The notes: a model not told the origin generated them from the letters alone. DNA of 64,000 nt from Schizochytrium sp. TIO01 (GCA_004764695.1 SMSO01000031.1:2518436-2582435), one strand, 5' to 3'; shown: positions 11,832-23,758, counted from the first letter of the stretch. Numbers and translations: made by a program.

Positions 11832-14800
11832 TTATTGCACTTTCATATTACCCCAAATTTCGTTCACTTCTCGTTCTGCTTGGGCCTGTAAGCGCTCTAT
11901 GAGCGAATCCATACTTCCACCATGTTGATAAGTTGAAGACTTATGGTGGGTTATGACTTTATTAGACAAAGTACGAACTGAATGACTTCCATTGGAAGCT
12001 CGTCCATTTAATGTTCTGGTGCTCTTGGCTTTGGTATCTTTCGAACCTCGTCGTGCAAAGTTGAACATATCGTCACTGCATGTACTTTTCGTCTCAAGAT
12101 CCATACTTGAAACGGAGTCTCGACTATCAGCTTCACTCTTTCGATTAGAATCACGTTCTAGATTTGTTCGTGGCTGCGAATCTTTGCCGCGAGATGCCCG
12201 ACGATATGCATTTTGGTATGCAATAAAAGCGGCAGACGCTTTTCGGGGTCTTGAGGCAAACACGTCCTTCGACTGACTTCCAGATGAGTCAACAATGTGA
12301 TCAATCTGTGTTGAAGAAGATAGATCTAGCACCTCTTCTGGGGACTGTCCGTTTGGTACGTCTTGCGATGCATTTTCCCGACGCAGTAGCAGATGAGAGG
12401 AGAATTGCGCTGACATAGAAGATGCATTCAATCCTCCTTCACGAGAGAGACGAGCAATACGTTGCTTGTGCAAGCTTTGCTCACGCTCAAGCATCTGCGC
12501 ATGTAAGGCCTCCAGGCTTTTTTGCACTTGTTGTTCATGCTCACGACGAAGGAGCACTGACGAGGTTCGTGAGCGGGCCTGAAGCAGGTCTCTGCCTTCA
12601 AGAGAAAGGGCTGGAGCTGGAGTTGACTTTGGCGCTGATGTTGATCGTGAAATTCGCACTGTAGAAAGTGCGTTATCCTCGATATACCGCACGCCATGAA
12701 CAACCTGGGCATTCTTGGATTGTTTGAGTAGCCCACTTCGACGGGCTTTTTCCTTTGGGTCCTCATCCAAAAAGGCCTTCGCATCCGGTCCTTGCGTTAC
12801 CAGCTCCCGAACAAGATTTTGCAGTTGCTCTGAGGTCATATGCTTCATGTTATGTCTTTTCCCCTTGCCGTCAACATAAATTGTGCTCTTGTTATCATTA
12901 CCCTCTTCTTCGTCTTTGAGAAACATGCCCAATTTGTGCATGTCAATACTCGATGTACTATGGAGAATTGAACTTGCATAAATCTTTAACGTTGCTGGAC
13001 GCTGCTCGTAGTGCATACCCAGATAACTCATAGACGGGGCACGAGAGCTCGTGAGTTGAGTGAGACGTCGTCCTGCTTTGCAAAGGTTGAGGCCATGAAC
13101 AAGCTGTGGCTCTACTGACATCGAAAGCATTTCGGAACAGTTATCCATAAGTCTTGCATCAGCACGGCCCTCTCCATCAAGGTTGAGAACGCTGACCCCC
13201 CAAACAAACAGTTCGCCAAGCTCAGAATATGCTAATGACTGACGCCAACCTAAGGCCAAATGCTGCACTCCACCCTTTAACTTGGCAACGTGAGTAGGTC
13301 GAGACCGAAAGTCTGTGTCACCAACACCCAGTTGACCGTGTGTATTGCTACCCCACATGAAGAGATTGCCCTGAGAATCAACAGCACCTGCATGCCGCGC
13401 ACCAACGGCAACTAGCAAGACCGGAGCATGGCTTGGTAGACCTAGCTCCTGCGGAACAACCCTATCTTTATCGTCTCCAAGGCCAAGCTGTCCATAATCA
13501 CCTTTGCCCCAGCTGAATAATTTGCCAGAACGGGTCAGAGCTACTGCAAATGTACGCCCAGCTTGAATATGTTCAACGTGCTCCCGAGCAAGAGCATGCA
13601 CTGCCATTGGATGGGCGTTGCAACCATCTCCAACATACACACCCTGGCCAAGGCATGGACCCGGGCCTCCCCACGTATACACTGTACCAGCCTGAGTTCT
13701 CGCCATTGAAAACGTAGACCCACATGCTATATCAGCAATCTTTCGCTTAGAAAGAGAACTCACAAGGCACGGATTTGCCTGGTTATCCATGTTTCCAAGA
13801 CCCAGCTGTCCATGTGAGCCTGCACCCCAGGTGTAAACACGTCCATCTTGGCTCAGAGCAATGGTGTGGCAGGATCCCGTCTGAATCTGTTTTATCTTTA
13901 TCTGCGAGCGTGCAAATGCAGAAATACAGCTTGGCTTTGTGCGAGCTGAGTAGTTGCCATGACCCAATTGTCCACGATCACCAAACCCCCATGTATAAAC
14001 TTCGCCGTGGGATGTTAGTGCCACAGTGTGAAAATCACCAGCATCAACTATTAATGTGTCCTCTAATGATTTGCAGGCTCTTGTCCAACCGGCAGAGTAC
14101 ACTTTCGAAACGTTGGTTCGCATATCAACATCGAGTACAACATGATGTTTCCGAGTTGTTTTGGTCACTACAGTGGTTGCATTTGCTCCACGTCGCTGAA
14201 ATACAGCAGGGCGTCCACAAAATGGATGCTCATAGCCCTCGCGAACAGCAACGGCTTCGCGATATCGCAGGCGGTTCAACTCCAATGTATCTTCCTCCAG
14301 CAAACGCGCGGTTATGATTTTACGTCGAAGGTTTCGTGCAAGGAACCCTCGACCAAGCCGCTGAATTGTGCGAACACTAGCTTGCACCGTTTTGAATCGA
14401 TCACGCAAAATAAAGCTCATTGACCAGCGCTGCAACTCGCACGCAGCTGTCCGCATTTCGAGATATCGCCGACGAATCAGGTACGTTTGCCATTGGTTCT
14501 GCACGCTTCGAGCTGCTGCGTGCCGTGCACGTTCATGACGTTTTTCGGCCAAATAGGTCATTGCCATGGGCATAGATTCTCGAGTCTTAAATCCACGCCA
14601 ACTAGCCTGCAAGAGCAGGGCTCCTCGGACCCGCCGCCAGTAAATACGATTGCGGATCAAAAATGATCGCGCAACGCACTGAATCTTAGTTACAACACGC
14701 GTCCACATTCGAAAGCGTTTGCGTAAAATGAAGCTTCTTACAATTCCCTGAATTTGATGAGCAGATCGTTTGAGAGCCTGAAATCTCCGCTGGGTAAGAA

Positions 14801-17744
14801 CTCGACGTGTGAAAGCTTGAAGTAGTGCTAACGCCCTACGTCGCCGTGCTAGAATTGTCCTTGCTTTCCATACTAAAGCCGTACGACGAAGTGCTTGTTG
14901 GACCTTGACATGATGAACCCAGGCACGGCGATCTTGCACCGCGGCCCAGGCCGCACGAATTCTGCGCAAGCCTAATTGAATTTTAATAATACGCGTACGC
15001 GCTAAACGCATACGACAAAGCGCCTGGATCTTGATTGCAGATGCCTCCATGGCCTGGAGCTTGACATCTCTCAAAGCTTCCAGAGTTTGAATCATCTGTT
15101 TTCTCAGAAAGATGCGTGTAGTTCCAAGTTGCACCATATCACCAAGCTTGTGGGCACTGAGGTCGTTTTCTGAAACTTGCTGATGTGTATTAGCATCGCC
15201 AGGCGTAGGCGAAGCTGCCCTTTCCGTCGCTGTAGCCATTTTCCACAAAGAATCCATGAGCTCTTTACATTTCATTCGATATGTGGGATCAGTTTTGTTT
15301 CCGCCCAACTGCTCGCTGAGTGCTGCTGGTGAAGGTAAAGAAGGAACGACGAGGGCAAATCGTGCATAAAACGTATGAAATGACGTGCGAAAACTAAATC
15401 CACTATGCCGAATCCGAATTGAGTCTAAAACACCAAGGTATTGTAATTGATGCAAAACTAGATCTGGGTCCATAAAACCTTGTCGCTTTTCTCCATTTGC
15501 CTTGAGGCAGCGTACGAAGTGAGGGGAAGTAGAGTTCAAAGCCCGCATTAGTTTATTGATATCGTCCTTGAATTTTGACCCGAGAAAAGCATTCGATCCA
15601 GTAAATGAGCCTTGCTCAGCCTCGGATGAAGCAAACTGAGCCTTAAATAATCCAGACAGCCATTCTGACTTGCTTTTAGATATCACACGTACGAGGTTGC
15701 TCTCAAGTCTGTCACGATTCTTTGAAAGGAAATCTGCGGCAGTATAGACGACTGTTGCAGCAGAATGCATCACAACAAAAGCCGAGCCTGTCTTGCTCTC
15801 GCGAATATTAGCCTTTCGAAAGAATGCACTAGAACTCTCTGTAGATGAACCATGAGCTTGGTCTAGCTTGCTGAGAAATGACTCATCTGTAGCTTGAGGA
15901 AATAAGCAGGATTCATCAAGAAGTGCTAAAACTCCGCGTGGGCGTTTCTCAATGAGGTCAATGATCAGTTGATTATCCGCAAAAGTGATTGCTGAGTAGT
16001 CAATACCCTCTTCTTGATAAATTTTCTGTTCTAATTTGAAAACATGCGTTGTAAAAAGTTGATGTAGCTTTTCATTTGCAAAGTTAATGCAGAATTGCTC
16101 AAATCCATTACGTCCAAAAACCTCAAAGCCAAAAATATCTAAGATACCAATATAAGAAGGCACTCCATCATCATTTGAACCAGTGTTCTTCGAATGCCCT
16201 TCTTGTCTGTGGAGAGTCTCATTAATTTGTTGGACAACCCATCGAAATAGAATGCCATATACTGACTTTGCTAATGCATCAATTCCTTCGTAAGCGCGTT
16301 TGCAATCAAGGGAAGATGTGATAACCTGAGAAGCAGTCACAGATGTTTTAGTTACCAAAGCTGAAGCAAGCTCGCTAGCTTCTACACAAAGCAGCTCAGC
16401 AGCCTTATCGAGTGCCTGATGGCCAGCACCTTGTGCTACAACATGTGCGTCATCTGTGCCAATTGTCTCCAGCTCAATATTTCCAAGATGCAGAATTGCT
16501 GCAATTGTGCGGAACAAATTATCTCGATGGTTCTTTCCAAGGCCTACCACCTCCAGAGAGCTTTGTAGCTCCTCAAATGCTGCTTCGTCATCAATGGGGC
16601 GGAGGACAGTACGTCCATCAGTGCCTTCTATTTCTTGGCCAGTTCGTCGACCACGTCCAATAGAATCTGAGAGAAGTTTTTCACTGTGTAAGTTCTGTTT
16701 TTGTGGATTCAGATAGCGAAAGAAGTCTTCCTCGTGTGAAAGGCCAAGACCTGTTTTTTCTTCAGAATTGAGTCCTTTTAAAAGTTGGTAGAAAACATGA
16801 TAGTTGCGTTCACCAGGGGTATGTGCGACAACACGACTCTTCTCCAAAAGATAGTCCTGGATTGAGCCTCCTAGAATTTGTACTGCACTTGACCCTTTTG
16901 GTTTCATGTAAATTTGAATAAATTTTCCAAAACGAGATGAGTTATCGTTTCGGATCGTCTTGGCGTTGCCTAACGCTTCGAGAACAGGATTGGTTTTTAA
17001 CAATTTCGACTCAATTGCTTCCTTGGATGAATCCTTGACTGGTCGACTTGAGCAACATGTGATATATTGCATTATTTGCTTGGTGCTCTCTGTTTTCCCG
17101 GCTCCTGATTCACCTGAAATAACAATACTTTGGTTCTCGCATTCCTGCGCAAATGTGCTTACTGCCCGGGCTGCTACACCGAAAATGTGAGGCGGAAGAC
17201 CCTTGCTATCACCTCCCGCTAAACGCACAGGAGAGTTTTTGTACTGCTCAATATAACTTTGGTCGTATATTGAGATCCCGTTTCTATCTTGAATCACACG
17301 ATATGGATTCACTGCGATGAGAATTGTGCCGGCCATGGTATAGATTTGTTGATGCGGGTCCCGGTGATAGCGGGTTTGGACATTATCCAATAATGTTGCG
17401 TCGTTCAAATGGGCAAGATCTGTCATATCGTCAACGTCATTTCGTACATTTGCGAGATATAGGTCGTCTTTCGTACACGAGAGTTCAATTTTGGGTTCCC
17501 AGTCGGTTCGAACACGGATATGCCCATTTTGCAGAACCTCGATGACCTTGCCAGGAACAAATACAGGTCGAGAGGAACGCTTAGGGTCCAGCAAACGATT
17601 AGCCCGGTATGCTTCGCTCGCATCTTCCCCTTGGGGGTACGGATTTGTTACCCAAACCGCAAGACCAGCTTGAAAAAACCCGGCACCGAGGCTGCCTTCG
17701 ATTGTCCGCGGACTCTGTCTTGCTGATACTGGTGATGCTGACAT
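11832..17744 (-). CDS. Myosin heavy chain: motor domain, multiple IQ motifs, RCC1/ATS1 repeat tail and low-complexity C-terminus
   Basis: GESGAGKT P-loop, NDNSSRFG, DIFGFE, FVRCLK; roughly 8-10 degenerate IQ motifs; RCC1 blades (GDRGQLG, GSHGQLG, GDYGQLG, NTHGQLG). First ATG (MSASPVS) at 17744; the track start is GTG. Confidence 0.95.
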   Translation of the reverse strand: MSASPVSARQSPRTIEGSLGAGFFQAGLAVWVTNPYPQGEDASEAYRANRLLDPKRSSRPVFVPGKVIEVLQNGHIRVRTDWEPKIELSCTKDDLYLANVRNDVDDMTDLAHLNDATLLDNVQTRYHRDPHQQIYTMAGTILIAVNPYRVIQDRNGISIYDQSYIEQYKNSPVRLAGGDSKGLPPHIFGVAARAVSTFAQECENQSIVISGESGAGKTESTKQIMQYITCCSSRPVKDSSKEAIESKLLKTNPVLEALGNAKTIRNDNSSRFGKFIQIYMKPKGSSAVQILGGSIQDYLLEKSRVVAHTPGERNYHVFYQLLKGLNSEEKTGLGLSHEEDFFRYLNPQKQNLHSEKLLSDSIGRGRRTGQEIEGTDGRTVLRPIDDEAAFEELQSSLEVVGLGKNHRDNLFRTIAAILHLGNIELETIGTDDAHVVAQGAGHQALDKAAELLCVEASELASALVTKTSVTASQVITSSLDCKRAYEGIDALAKSVYGILFRWVVQQINETLHRQEGHSKNTGSNDDGVPSYIGILDIFGFEVFGRNGFEQFCINFANEKLHQLFTTHVFKLEQKIYQEEGIDYSAITFADNQLIIDLIEKRPRGVLALLDESCLFPQATDESFLSKLDQAHGSSTESSSAFFRKANIRESKTGSAFVVMHSAATVVYTAADFLSKNRDRLESNLVRVISKSKSEWLSGLFKAQFASSEAEQGSFTGSNAFLGSKFKDDINKLMRALNSTSPHFVRCLKANGEKRQGFMDPDLVLHQLQYLGVLDSIRIRHSGFSFRTSFHTFYARFALVVPSLPSPAALSEQLGGNKTDPTYRMKCKELMDSLWKMATATERAASPTPGDANTHQQVSENDLSAHKLGDMVQLGTTRIFLRKQMIQTLEALRDVKLQAMEASAIKIQALCRMRLARTRIIKIQLGLRRIRAAWAAVQDRRAWVHHVKVQQALRRTALVWKARTILARRRRALALLQAFTRRVLTQRRFQALKRSAHQIQGIVRSFILRKRFRMWTRVVTKIQCVARSFLIRNRIYWRRVRGALLLQASWRGFKTRESMPMAMTYLAEKRHERARHAAARSVQNQWQTYLIRRRYLEMRTAACELQRWSMSFILRDRFKTVQASVRTIQRLGRGFLARNLRRKIITARLLEEDTLELNRLRYREAVAVREGYEHPFCGRPAVFQRRGANATTVVTKTTRKHHVVLDVDMRTNVSKVYSAGWTRACKSLEDTLIVDAGDFHTVALTSHGEVYTWGFGDRGQLGHGNYSARTKPSCISAFARSQIKIKQIQTGSCHTIALSQDGRVYTWGAGSHGQLGLGNMDNQANPCLVSSLSKRKIADIACGSTFSMARTQAGTVYTWGGPGPCLGQGVYVGDGCNAHPMAVHALAREHVEHIQAGRTFAVALTRSGKLFSWGKGDYGQLGLGDDKDRVVPQELGLPSHAPVLLVAVGARHAGAVDSQGNLFMWGSNTHGQLGVGDTDFRSRPTHVAKLKGGVQHLALGWRQSLAYSELGELFVWGVSVLNLDGEGRADARLMDNCSEMLSMSVEPQLVHGLNLCKAGRRLTQLTSSRAPSMSYLGMHYEQRPATLKIYASSILHSTSSIDMHKLGMFLKDEEEGNDNKSTIYVDGKGKRHNMKHMTSEQLQNLVRELVTQGPDAKAFLDEDPKEKARRSGLLKQSKNAQVVHGVRYIEDNALSTVRISRSTSAPKSTPAPALSLEGRDLLQARSRTSSVLLRREHEQQVQKSLEALHAQMLEREQSLHKQRIARLSREGGLNASSMSAQFSSHLLLRRENASQDVPNGQSPEEVLDLSSSTQIDHIVDSSGSQSKDVFASRPRKASAAFIAYQNAYRRASRGKDSQPRTNLERDSNRKSEADSRDSVSSMDLETKSTCSDDMFNFARRGSKDTKAKSTRTLNGRASNGSHSVRTLSNKVITHHKSSTYQHGGSMDSLIERLQAQAEREVNEIWGNMKVQ

Positions 17745-19215
17745 ATTACTGCTGGAAAGCTCTTTTACCAGTTGTAGCACTGCGCTTTTTGCCTGAAGCT
17801 TGCACTTCTTGCCGCAAGGAGCAAGGGCAGTCTGCCCCCTTTTGCAAGAATGCGCTTCGAGGTAGTCTGCAGCTCCTTTTCTGTGTCCAAAGAAAGACCT
17901 ACGTCTTCAAAACCTTGCCAGCTTTTTTCTTCTATGTTCTAGTACGCAAGTTACGTAATCAGAAAGGGACTAGAAGCAGGCGCTGTGTCCTCGATTCTGC
18001 TGTGATACTATTTATCAGCAGCAGACAACTATCAATATAAATGATTTTTCTATTGGGATATATATATATCCCTACGCACCCAATCCCCTTTCCATGTAGT
18101 TCATGTGTGGTAGATTACGAAAACTTATCACTCCTTGTTTATATATATATATATACTCTTGCATAATGCTACTCAACCCTCGTCCAGTCTGTGCATCCGC
18201 GCGTCCAATCTTAGCTATGCGGGTTTAGGTGTAATTTTAATTATCATTCACAACGGATCTTTCACTAACTACTAGGGGTGTGCACTCGAGACAAATTTGA
18301 GAACAATTTAAAATTCAAAATGAAGAAGAAGCCCACCTTCGTATTTGTAAATATTCCTGGTCTACCTATCCAGGAAGCTGAAGAAAAACTTTGTAGTGGT
18401 GATACTGTATAGTGAATAGGGTAAGGTACTTACACACTCTACAAGCGAAGCATATTTTCTCGAAAAGGATACGGATTTTCTTCGACAATATTAGATCTTA
18501 ACCTCTAGTGACTTAACCAGTTTTTGTTAATTTACTATGGTAAGCGAGCAGTTCTTTTTGCAAGAGGACATGGTACGTAGAGTTAAAGCGCTATTTTTAT
18601 ATTTTTTTTTTCTTTTTTTCCAACATTATAAACTTACTGGCAGAATGGAATTGTATGATCAGCAATCCTAAAAAAAGCTAACTTCGCTTTAAGAGAAGTA
18701 TACCTCCGAAAACCTCCTCCCTTAATGCGCATTCCAAGTTTTCTCATTGCCCTGGAAGCTCAGAAGAAAAGTCATCTCCAAGTTCTAAAAACCTTGGTGT
18801 TGAGATTAAGTAAGTCTAGCATCATCTTAAAGAAGCATGTGAAGAGTAAAAGAAAAAAGCAATAGCTACTGTAGCTATACATCTCTTTCAAAGAAAGAAA
18901 CAATCACCAATGGATTGTAAGAACTGCCAAACACAACGTTTTGTGCCACTTCAAATTAAGATCTTAGATCAAACATGGTCAACTAGTGCGTTCGGACGGA
19001 ATGAGTACTTTTACTGCAACATTTCTGAACGGTTTGATGCAGAGGGTGCACCCATTGACTCTTGCAATCATTACACAGCAATAAGAGTTTTTAAAAGTAT
19101 GTTCAATATTAAAATAAAACACACAATTGTAGAGGCATGAATCAAAATAGGTAAATACAGAATTGTAGTAATAGGTTGAAGTAGCAAACTAAACTAGATC
19201 TTTGAAGTAAAAAAA

Positions 19216-20361
19216 CTAAGGGTGCACCTTCTCAAAGCGAATGCGGAGGTTTTCACTAGGGGACACAGCAACCGTGTATCGTCCATCTGCTCGTGACACT
19301 TCAGTGATTGTGGCCCAACGACCATTGTACTTCGGAGCGCTTGTCAAGTTCACAATCTGGACAACAGAACCCTTTGGCAAGATGATATTGGACAGCTTCA
19401 AACTAAGTGAGCCAAACGAGGGAACTCGAACAGAGCAGCGATGTTTTGAAGCATCATAGTTAAATAAGAGACCACGCTGACCATTGACACCAGGTTTACT
19501 CTCTACTCCCTGGACCTCGACGTTGTCAATCCATTGCTGTAAGTTCTCAGGCTTTAACGACAGTTGCCCATCGCCATCCGTCAGTTGCACGATGTATCGG
19601 CCGGAGGCCTGGTCATGACGAACAATTCTGCCTTCCGTATTATTGTAATTCGGCTTGCTTGCTAGGCCCTTGATCATGACAATAGTACCAGGTTTAAAGA
19701 TACCTGGAGGCGGTGGTCCAGCATTCTGACGAGGGGCGCCCATTCCACCAGGCATGCCGCCCATTCCCATGGGCATGCCGCCCATTCCACCAGGCATGCC
19801 GCCAAATCCACCAGGCATGCCACCAAATCCACCAGGCATGCCGCCCATGCCTCCAATATTAAAGCCTCCAGGCATTCCACCCATGCCTCCAGGCATGCCG
19901 CCCATGGAACCAAATGGAGATCCCCCAGAAGATTGGAACGAAAATCCTCCTGGACCACCCATGGTCTGGAATTGAACATTCCCTGGCATGCTGTTCATGC
20001 CGCCCATGCCCCCAAAGAAGGCTTGGAATGGATCGCTGCTGCCAAACATCTCCTTGAAAACATCTTCTGCAGATGCAAAAGGAACCCCCCCTGCACCGCC
20101 TGAACCGCCACCAGGCATACCTTGGCCCTCGAGGCCCGCCTTGCCAAATTGATCATATATTTGCCTTTTATTTTTGTCGCTCAAAACCTGGTATGCGTTC
20201 GCGACGGCCTTAAATTTCTCCTCGGCAGCTTCACGATTATCGGGATTCTTGTCAGGATGGTACTTCATAGCCATTTTCTTGTAGGCTTTCTTGATCTGGG
20301 CATCGTTGGCATCCCGTGCCACCCCAAGCACCTTGTAATAGTCATCCGAGTCAGCCGGCAT
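19216..20361 (-). CDS. DnaJ/Hsp40 protein: J domain, G/F and G/M regions, three C-terminal SH3/KOW-like repeats
   Basis: [20 protein letters not shown]; (GGMPGGM/F)n tract; three ~52-aa repeats at the C-terminus. Confidence 0.92.
   Translation of the reverse strand: MPADSDDYYKVLGVARDANDAQIKKAYKKMAMKYHPDKNPDNREAAEEKFKAVANAYQVLSDKNKRQIYDQFGKAGLEGQGMPGGGSGGAGGVPFASAEDVFKEMFGSSDPFQAFFGGMGGMNSMPGNVQFQTMGGPGGFSFQSSGGSPFGSMGGMPGGMGGMPGGFNIGGMGGMPGGFGGMPGGFGGMPGGMGGMPMGMGGMPGGMGAPRQNAGPPPPGIFKPGTIVMIKGLASKPNYNNTEGRIVRHDQASGRYIVQLTDGDGQLSLKPENLQQWIDNVEVQGVESKPGVNGQRGLLFNYDASKHRCSVRVPSFGSLSLKLSNIILPKGSVVQIVNLTSAPKYNGRWATITEVSRADGRYTVAVSPSENLRIRFEKVHP
19735..19910 (-). repeat. Coding minisatellite (~21-bp units) encoding GGMPGGM/F repeats of the DnaJ
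   Basis: Repeated CCACCAGGCATGCCGCC units on the plus strand. Confidence 0.85.
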
Positions 20362-21341
20362 TCTGCTGCTTTGCGTAGAGAGTCTCTAAAATATCCCGAC
20401 CGTGTCCCACCAGGCGAAGAGTCTAAACTTGGCAAGGGATTAGATCACTCAGCCAAGCTTCTTATTGTAGTTTTGCTGGCAAGATTGTGGCGCTCTGCTA
20501 CGCTTGCCGTGAATAAGTCGATCAATTAGGCTATCTAGAATCAATACCAAGGGAAAACTCGCTTCTTCCGCGGGACGCAGCAGGGTCTTCCTTAATTGTG
20601 TTCAAGCGTATTGGCGCTTTTCGTCACGCCAACAGCACAGCACTTCCTCTTCCCCAAGCACTTGAGAGATAAACTTTCAGCAGAGATAATTATCCAAATC
20701 CCCGCGCTAGCTGGTGTCCTCAAGCTGTTTAACTAGGTTTCTAGTCCTCACTTGATCGATTGCAGTTCTGGGCTTCATGAGATACTGCCAGCAAGAAATA
20801 AATGTCTAAAAATAGATAGCCTGACTGTTCTTAGCTTTATCCGGCGCAATCTTAGATTACTCTATGGTAATTCTTATACATCAGCTATGAGTGTTCTCTT
20901 CATCCACTATCATAGCGTAACCAACTTCTACTGTAAACATTAGAACACCAGTAAGCTTCGCGATAATTCTAGTACCTTTCTCGAAGCTGCCTACATCTCG
21001 GCAATTTAGTGTTTGTCCACTTTTATAAATTACACCCTTATCTGTGGAAGATTCTAACATTATATGCATATCCTAGTGGCTATAGAGGAAGTTTTGCATC
21101 TTGGGTTTCTCCGATGATCAACGGATATCTGGGAAAAGGGTTTAAGACAGAATGCTGATGTGCTTGTCTGACGCATTAATAAGAAGGCAGCTAGAGTTTG
21201 CGAAAAGACTCCGAAATGTGCTACAAATAGAACCTGAGCGAGGTGGGCCTTGAAAGAAGTTTATTGTGTTTTGTTTGACATTGAAAGAAAAGAGCAAACT
21301 GCTAAGCAAGCTTGTTCAGGTGACGGCTAGCCTTCCATAAG

Positions 21342-21953
21342 ATGGGCAAAGCGAAGAAAGGGGGCAAGAAGAAAGGCGCAGCAGGCGCTGAAGGCAAGAT
21401 TGCAGATGTCGATGATGCTCCTGTGGTGATTGAAGAAAGCGAAACTACAAAACGGCACCGTGAAAACATCAAAAATGCATTCCTGCTCTTTGACAAAGAT
21501 GGAGAGGAACGAATTATTCAGGAAGATGTGAGAACAGTAATACGCTACTTAGGGCAGTTCCCAAGTGATCTTGAAGTTGAGGAAGACATTTTGCCTACAA
21601 TGCAGAGCGACGACCCTGATGCATATATTATGCTAGACAAGTTCGAACCGCGTATGCTTGAAATCATTGAGAAAAATGTATATCCTCCTGAGCCAATGGA
21701 CGTGTTAATCAGCGCCTTCCGTGCCATCGACACCGAGAATGTGGGCTACGTAGAGGCAGACTACTTTCGCGAGCTCATGTGTCAAATGGGCACCCATCCA
21801 TTCAAGGCGAAGGAAGTGGAGTCATTCTTAAATGTATCCCAGGATGTCTCATCTGGGAGAATTTATTATGAAGATTACGCTACTATGTGTGAAAAACAGA
21901 TTCGAGACCATGCTGAGCTCTTGCGTACAACAAAATTGCCTGCAGCCCCCTAA
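21342..21953 (+). CDS. DRC8: EF-hand protein, dynein regulatory complex subunit 8 (EFCAB2-like)
   Basis: IKNAFLLFDKD, VRTVIRYLGQFPS, KFEPRMLEII...YPPEPMDVLISAFRAID, PFKAKEVESFL...IYYEDY match the EFCAB2/DRC8 pattern along the conserved core. Confidence 0.82.
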   Translation: MGKAKKGGKKKGAAGAEGKIADVDDAPVVIEESETTKRHRENIKNAFLLFDKDGEERIIQEDVRTVIRYLGQFPSDLEVEEDILPTMQSDDPDAYIMLDKFEPRMLEIIEKNVYPPEPMDVLISAFRAIDTENVGYVEADYFRELMCQMGTHPFKAKEVESFLNVSQDVSSGRIYYEDYATMCEKQIRDHAELLRTTKLPAAP

Positions 21954-22219
21954 TACCTTTGACTCAAACCAAATTATCATTTTAATAAGAAAGGAATATA
22001 AACACAACTAAAATTGCCATTCTTGGAAGAAAAGAATATAAACGTAAATGTAGAGTAAAAACTAAAAAATAGAAGTTGTGACCATCAAAGTCTGTGAAAT
22101 ACACTAAAATACGTAAAAAGATCCTTGCCGCGAGCTTAGGCAAAATATGCACGGAAAGTTCTATCAGAGAATCTTGAGTTGTTGTAGATGTCGCACCCTG
22201 TTTCAAACAAGCAGCAAAC

Positions 22220-23758
22220 CTAATAAATGGATGGGGACTTTCGCATGCTTCGAGGCGATAAAGATAGCTCAGCCATGATGTCGCGTACTGCATTAACTAC
22301 TGGAGACATTGACTTTGCTCGCAATTTTTGCTGCTGCTCCTTTCGCTTATTATCTCGTGGGGACTGAATACCTTTCCGACTAGATTGAATAAAATATTCC
22401 GTGCCATGGGTCACATCGTCGTCTTCATCATCCTTGGTTTCCTCCATATCATATTCGCTTCTAGATCTAAACGACTGTGAGCGACTTGTAGCTCTTGGTG
22501 AGGACTTCTTAGGTGATTTTGGTTTCAAGACGAGGTGAATCTCCCCATCTTGAAGTTCCGCAAGATCAGGGTTACTAATGACAATTCTCTGAGACTTGGA
22601 CTTGCGCTGTGGTGCACGTCTAGCAAGACCCTTGTGACTATGACTCTTAGATTCACTTGAGTTCTGAGACGGAGAACTTGAAGCTTCAACGTCATCGCTT
22701 GTTATAGAATACTCATCGTCAGCTGAGGCCGAGGAACTTGAAGACAAGGAGCTTTGGAGTTCATACAGCTGCGCATCGAGATCCGCAATGCGCTGTTTAA
22801 GTGCTCGCTCTTTTGATGCAAAACTGTGCTTTCTTGAGCCTTGCATTTGAGATCGAGATGGTGGAACAGGAAGATCCGTAAATGATTCTGAGTCTTCGTC
22901 TTCTTCGTTGTCTTCACTACCCTGTGAATCAGAATCACCTTGATCACTCTCATCATCAACTGTATGGTGATGAAGATGGATTGAGCGGACATCGTCCTGT
23001 CCGTTGAAGGAAGAACCATGCGTCACCATCTCACGCATCCGACGCGACCTAGGGCTTGACGGCTGTCGAGTAGCATAGATTGCCCGACTTGCCTTCTGAA
23101 GGGATTGATCCAGAAAAGCCTTTTCAGTGAGGGAAAGTTCTTGCTCGGCTTCATTTGCAGCTCGAGCGACAGCTCGAGCTTCGGCAACTAAGGCATCAGC
23201 AAATCCCTGAGTATGGCCACCCCGCTCAATGCTTTTTGCGCGTCGGTTTTTGGCCGGAGCAGACCTTGTTCGACGCCTTTGACCTCGTGTCTCGCGATCA
23301 CGCCCTCGCTCACGTGTGGAACAACGCATCATGCGTTCTGTAAGCCTAGCAGGTGTAGTATCTGTTGATTGAATATTGAAACTATTCGGAACACCGATTG
23401 CTTCCTTGTAAAATGAGGTAGGTAAAACATCAGATGGCATACGACCTTTTTCAATTTCAGCCAAAAGAGATGCAAGTGGGGTAGCACAAGCTTTGCGCTT
23501 TGTAATGGGTGGCCCAATGTCATGAAGCCCGTTCTCTTCATCAATGGCATATTGCACTGATTTACGAGTCCATGCTTGACACATTTCCTCGAGATGTTTT
23601 TGCCCAGCTTCTGTATAAGTTCCAGAGTGGCTGAGGTAGGATGCAGGGCCAACGAGTGGGTTCGATTGCACGCCATGGGCAAAAAGACCAAGGCGAGTGA
23701 TCACACCATGGCCTTCGACAGTACAATCTGGCCGCGGAGATCTCTCAAAAAGTGCCAT
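22220..23758 (-). CDS. Hypothetical protein: ~130-aa folded-looking N-terminus, then Ser/acidic low-complexity sequence and a short coiled coil
   Basis: 512-aa ATG-initiated ORF, convergent with DRC8; no family recognised. Confidence 0.75.
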   Translation of the reverse strand: MALFERSPRPDCTVEGHGVITRLGLFAHGVQSNPLVGPASYLSHSGTYTEAGQKHLEEMCQAWTRKSVQYAIDEENGLHDIGPPITKRKACATPLASLLAEIEKGRMPSDVLPTSFYKEAIGVPNSFNIQSTDTTPARLTERMMRCSTRERGRDRETRGQRRRTRSAPAKNRRAKSIERGGHTQGFADALVAEARAVARAANEAEQELSLTEKAFLDQSLQKASRAIYATRQPSSPRSRRMREMVTHGSSFNGQDDVRSIHLHHHTVDDESDQGDSDSQGSEDNEEDEDSESFTDLPVPPSRSQMQGSRKHSFASKERALKQRIADLDAQLYELQSSLSSSSSASADDEYSITSDDVEASSSPSQNSSESKSHSHKGLARRAPQRKSKSQRIVISNPDLAELQDGEIHLVLKPKSPKKSSPRATSRSQSFRSRSEYDMEETKDDEDDDVTHGTEYFIQSSRKGIQSPRDNKRKEQQQKLRAKSMSPVVNAVRDIMAELSLSPRSMRKSPSIY

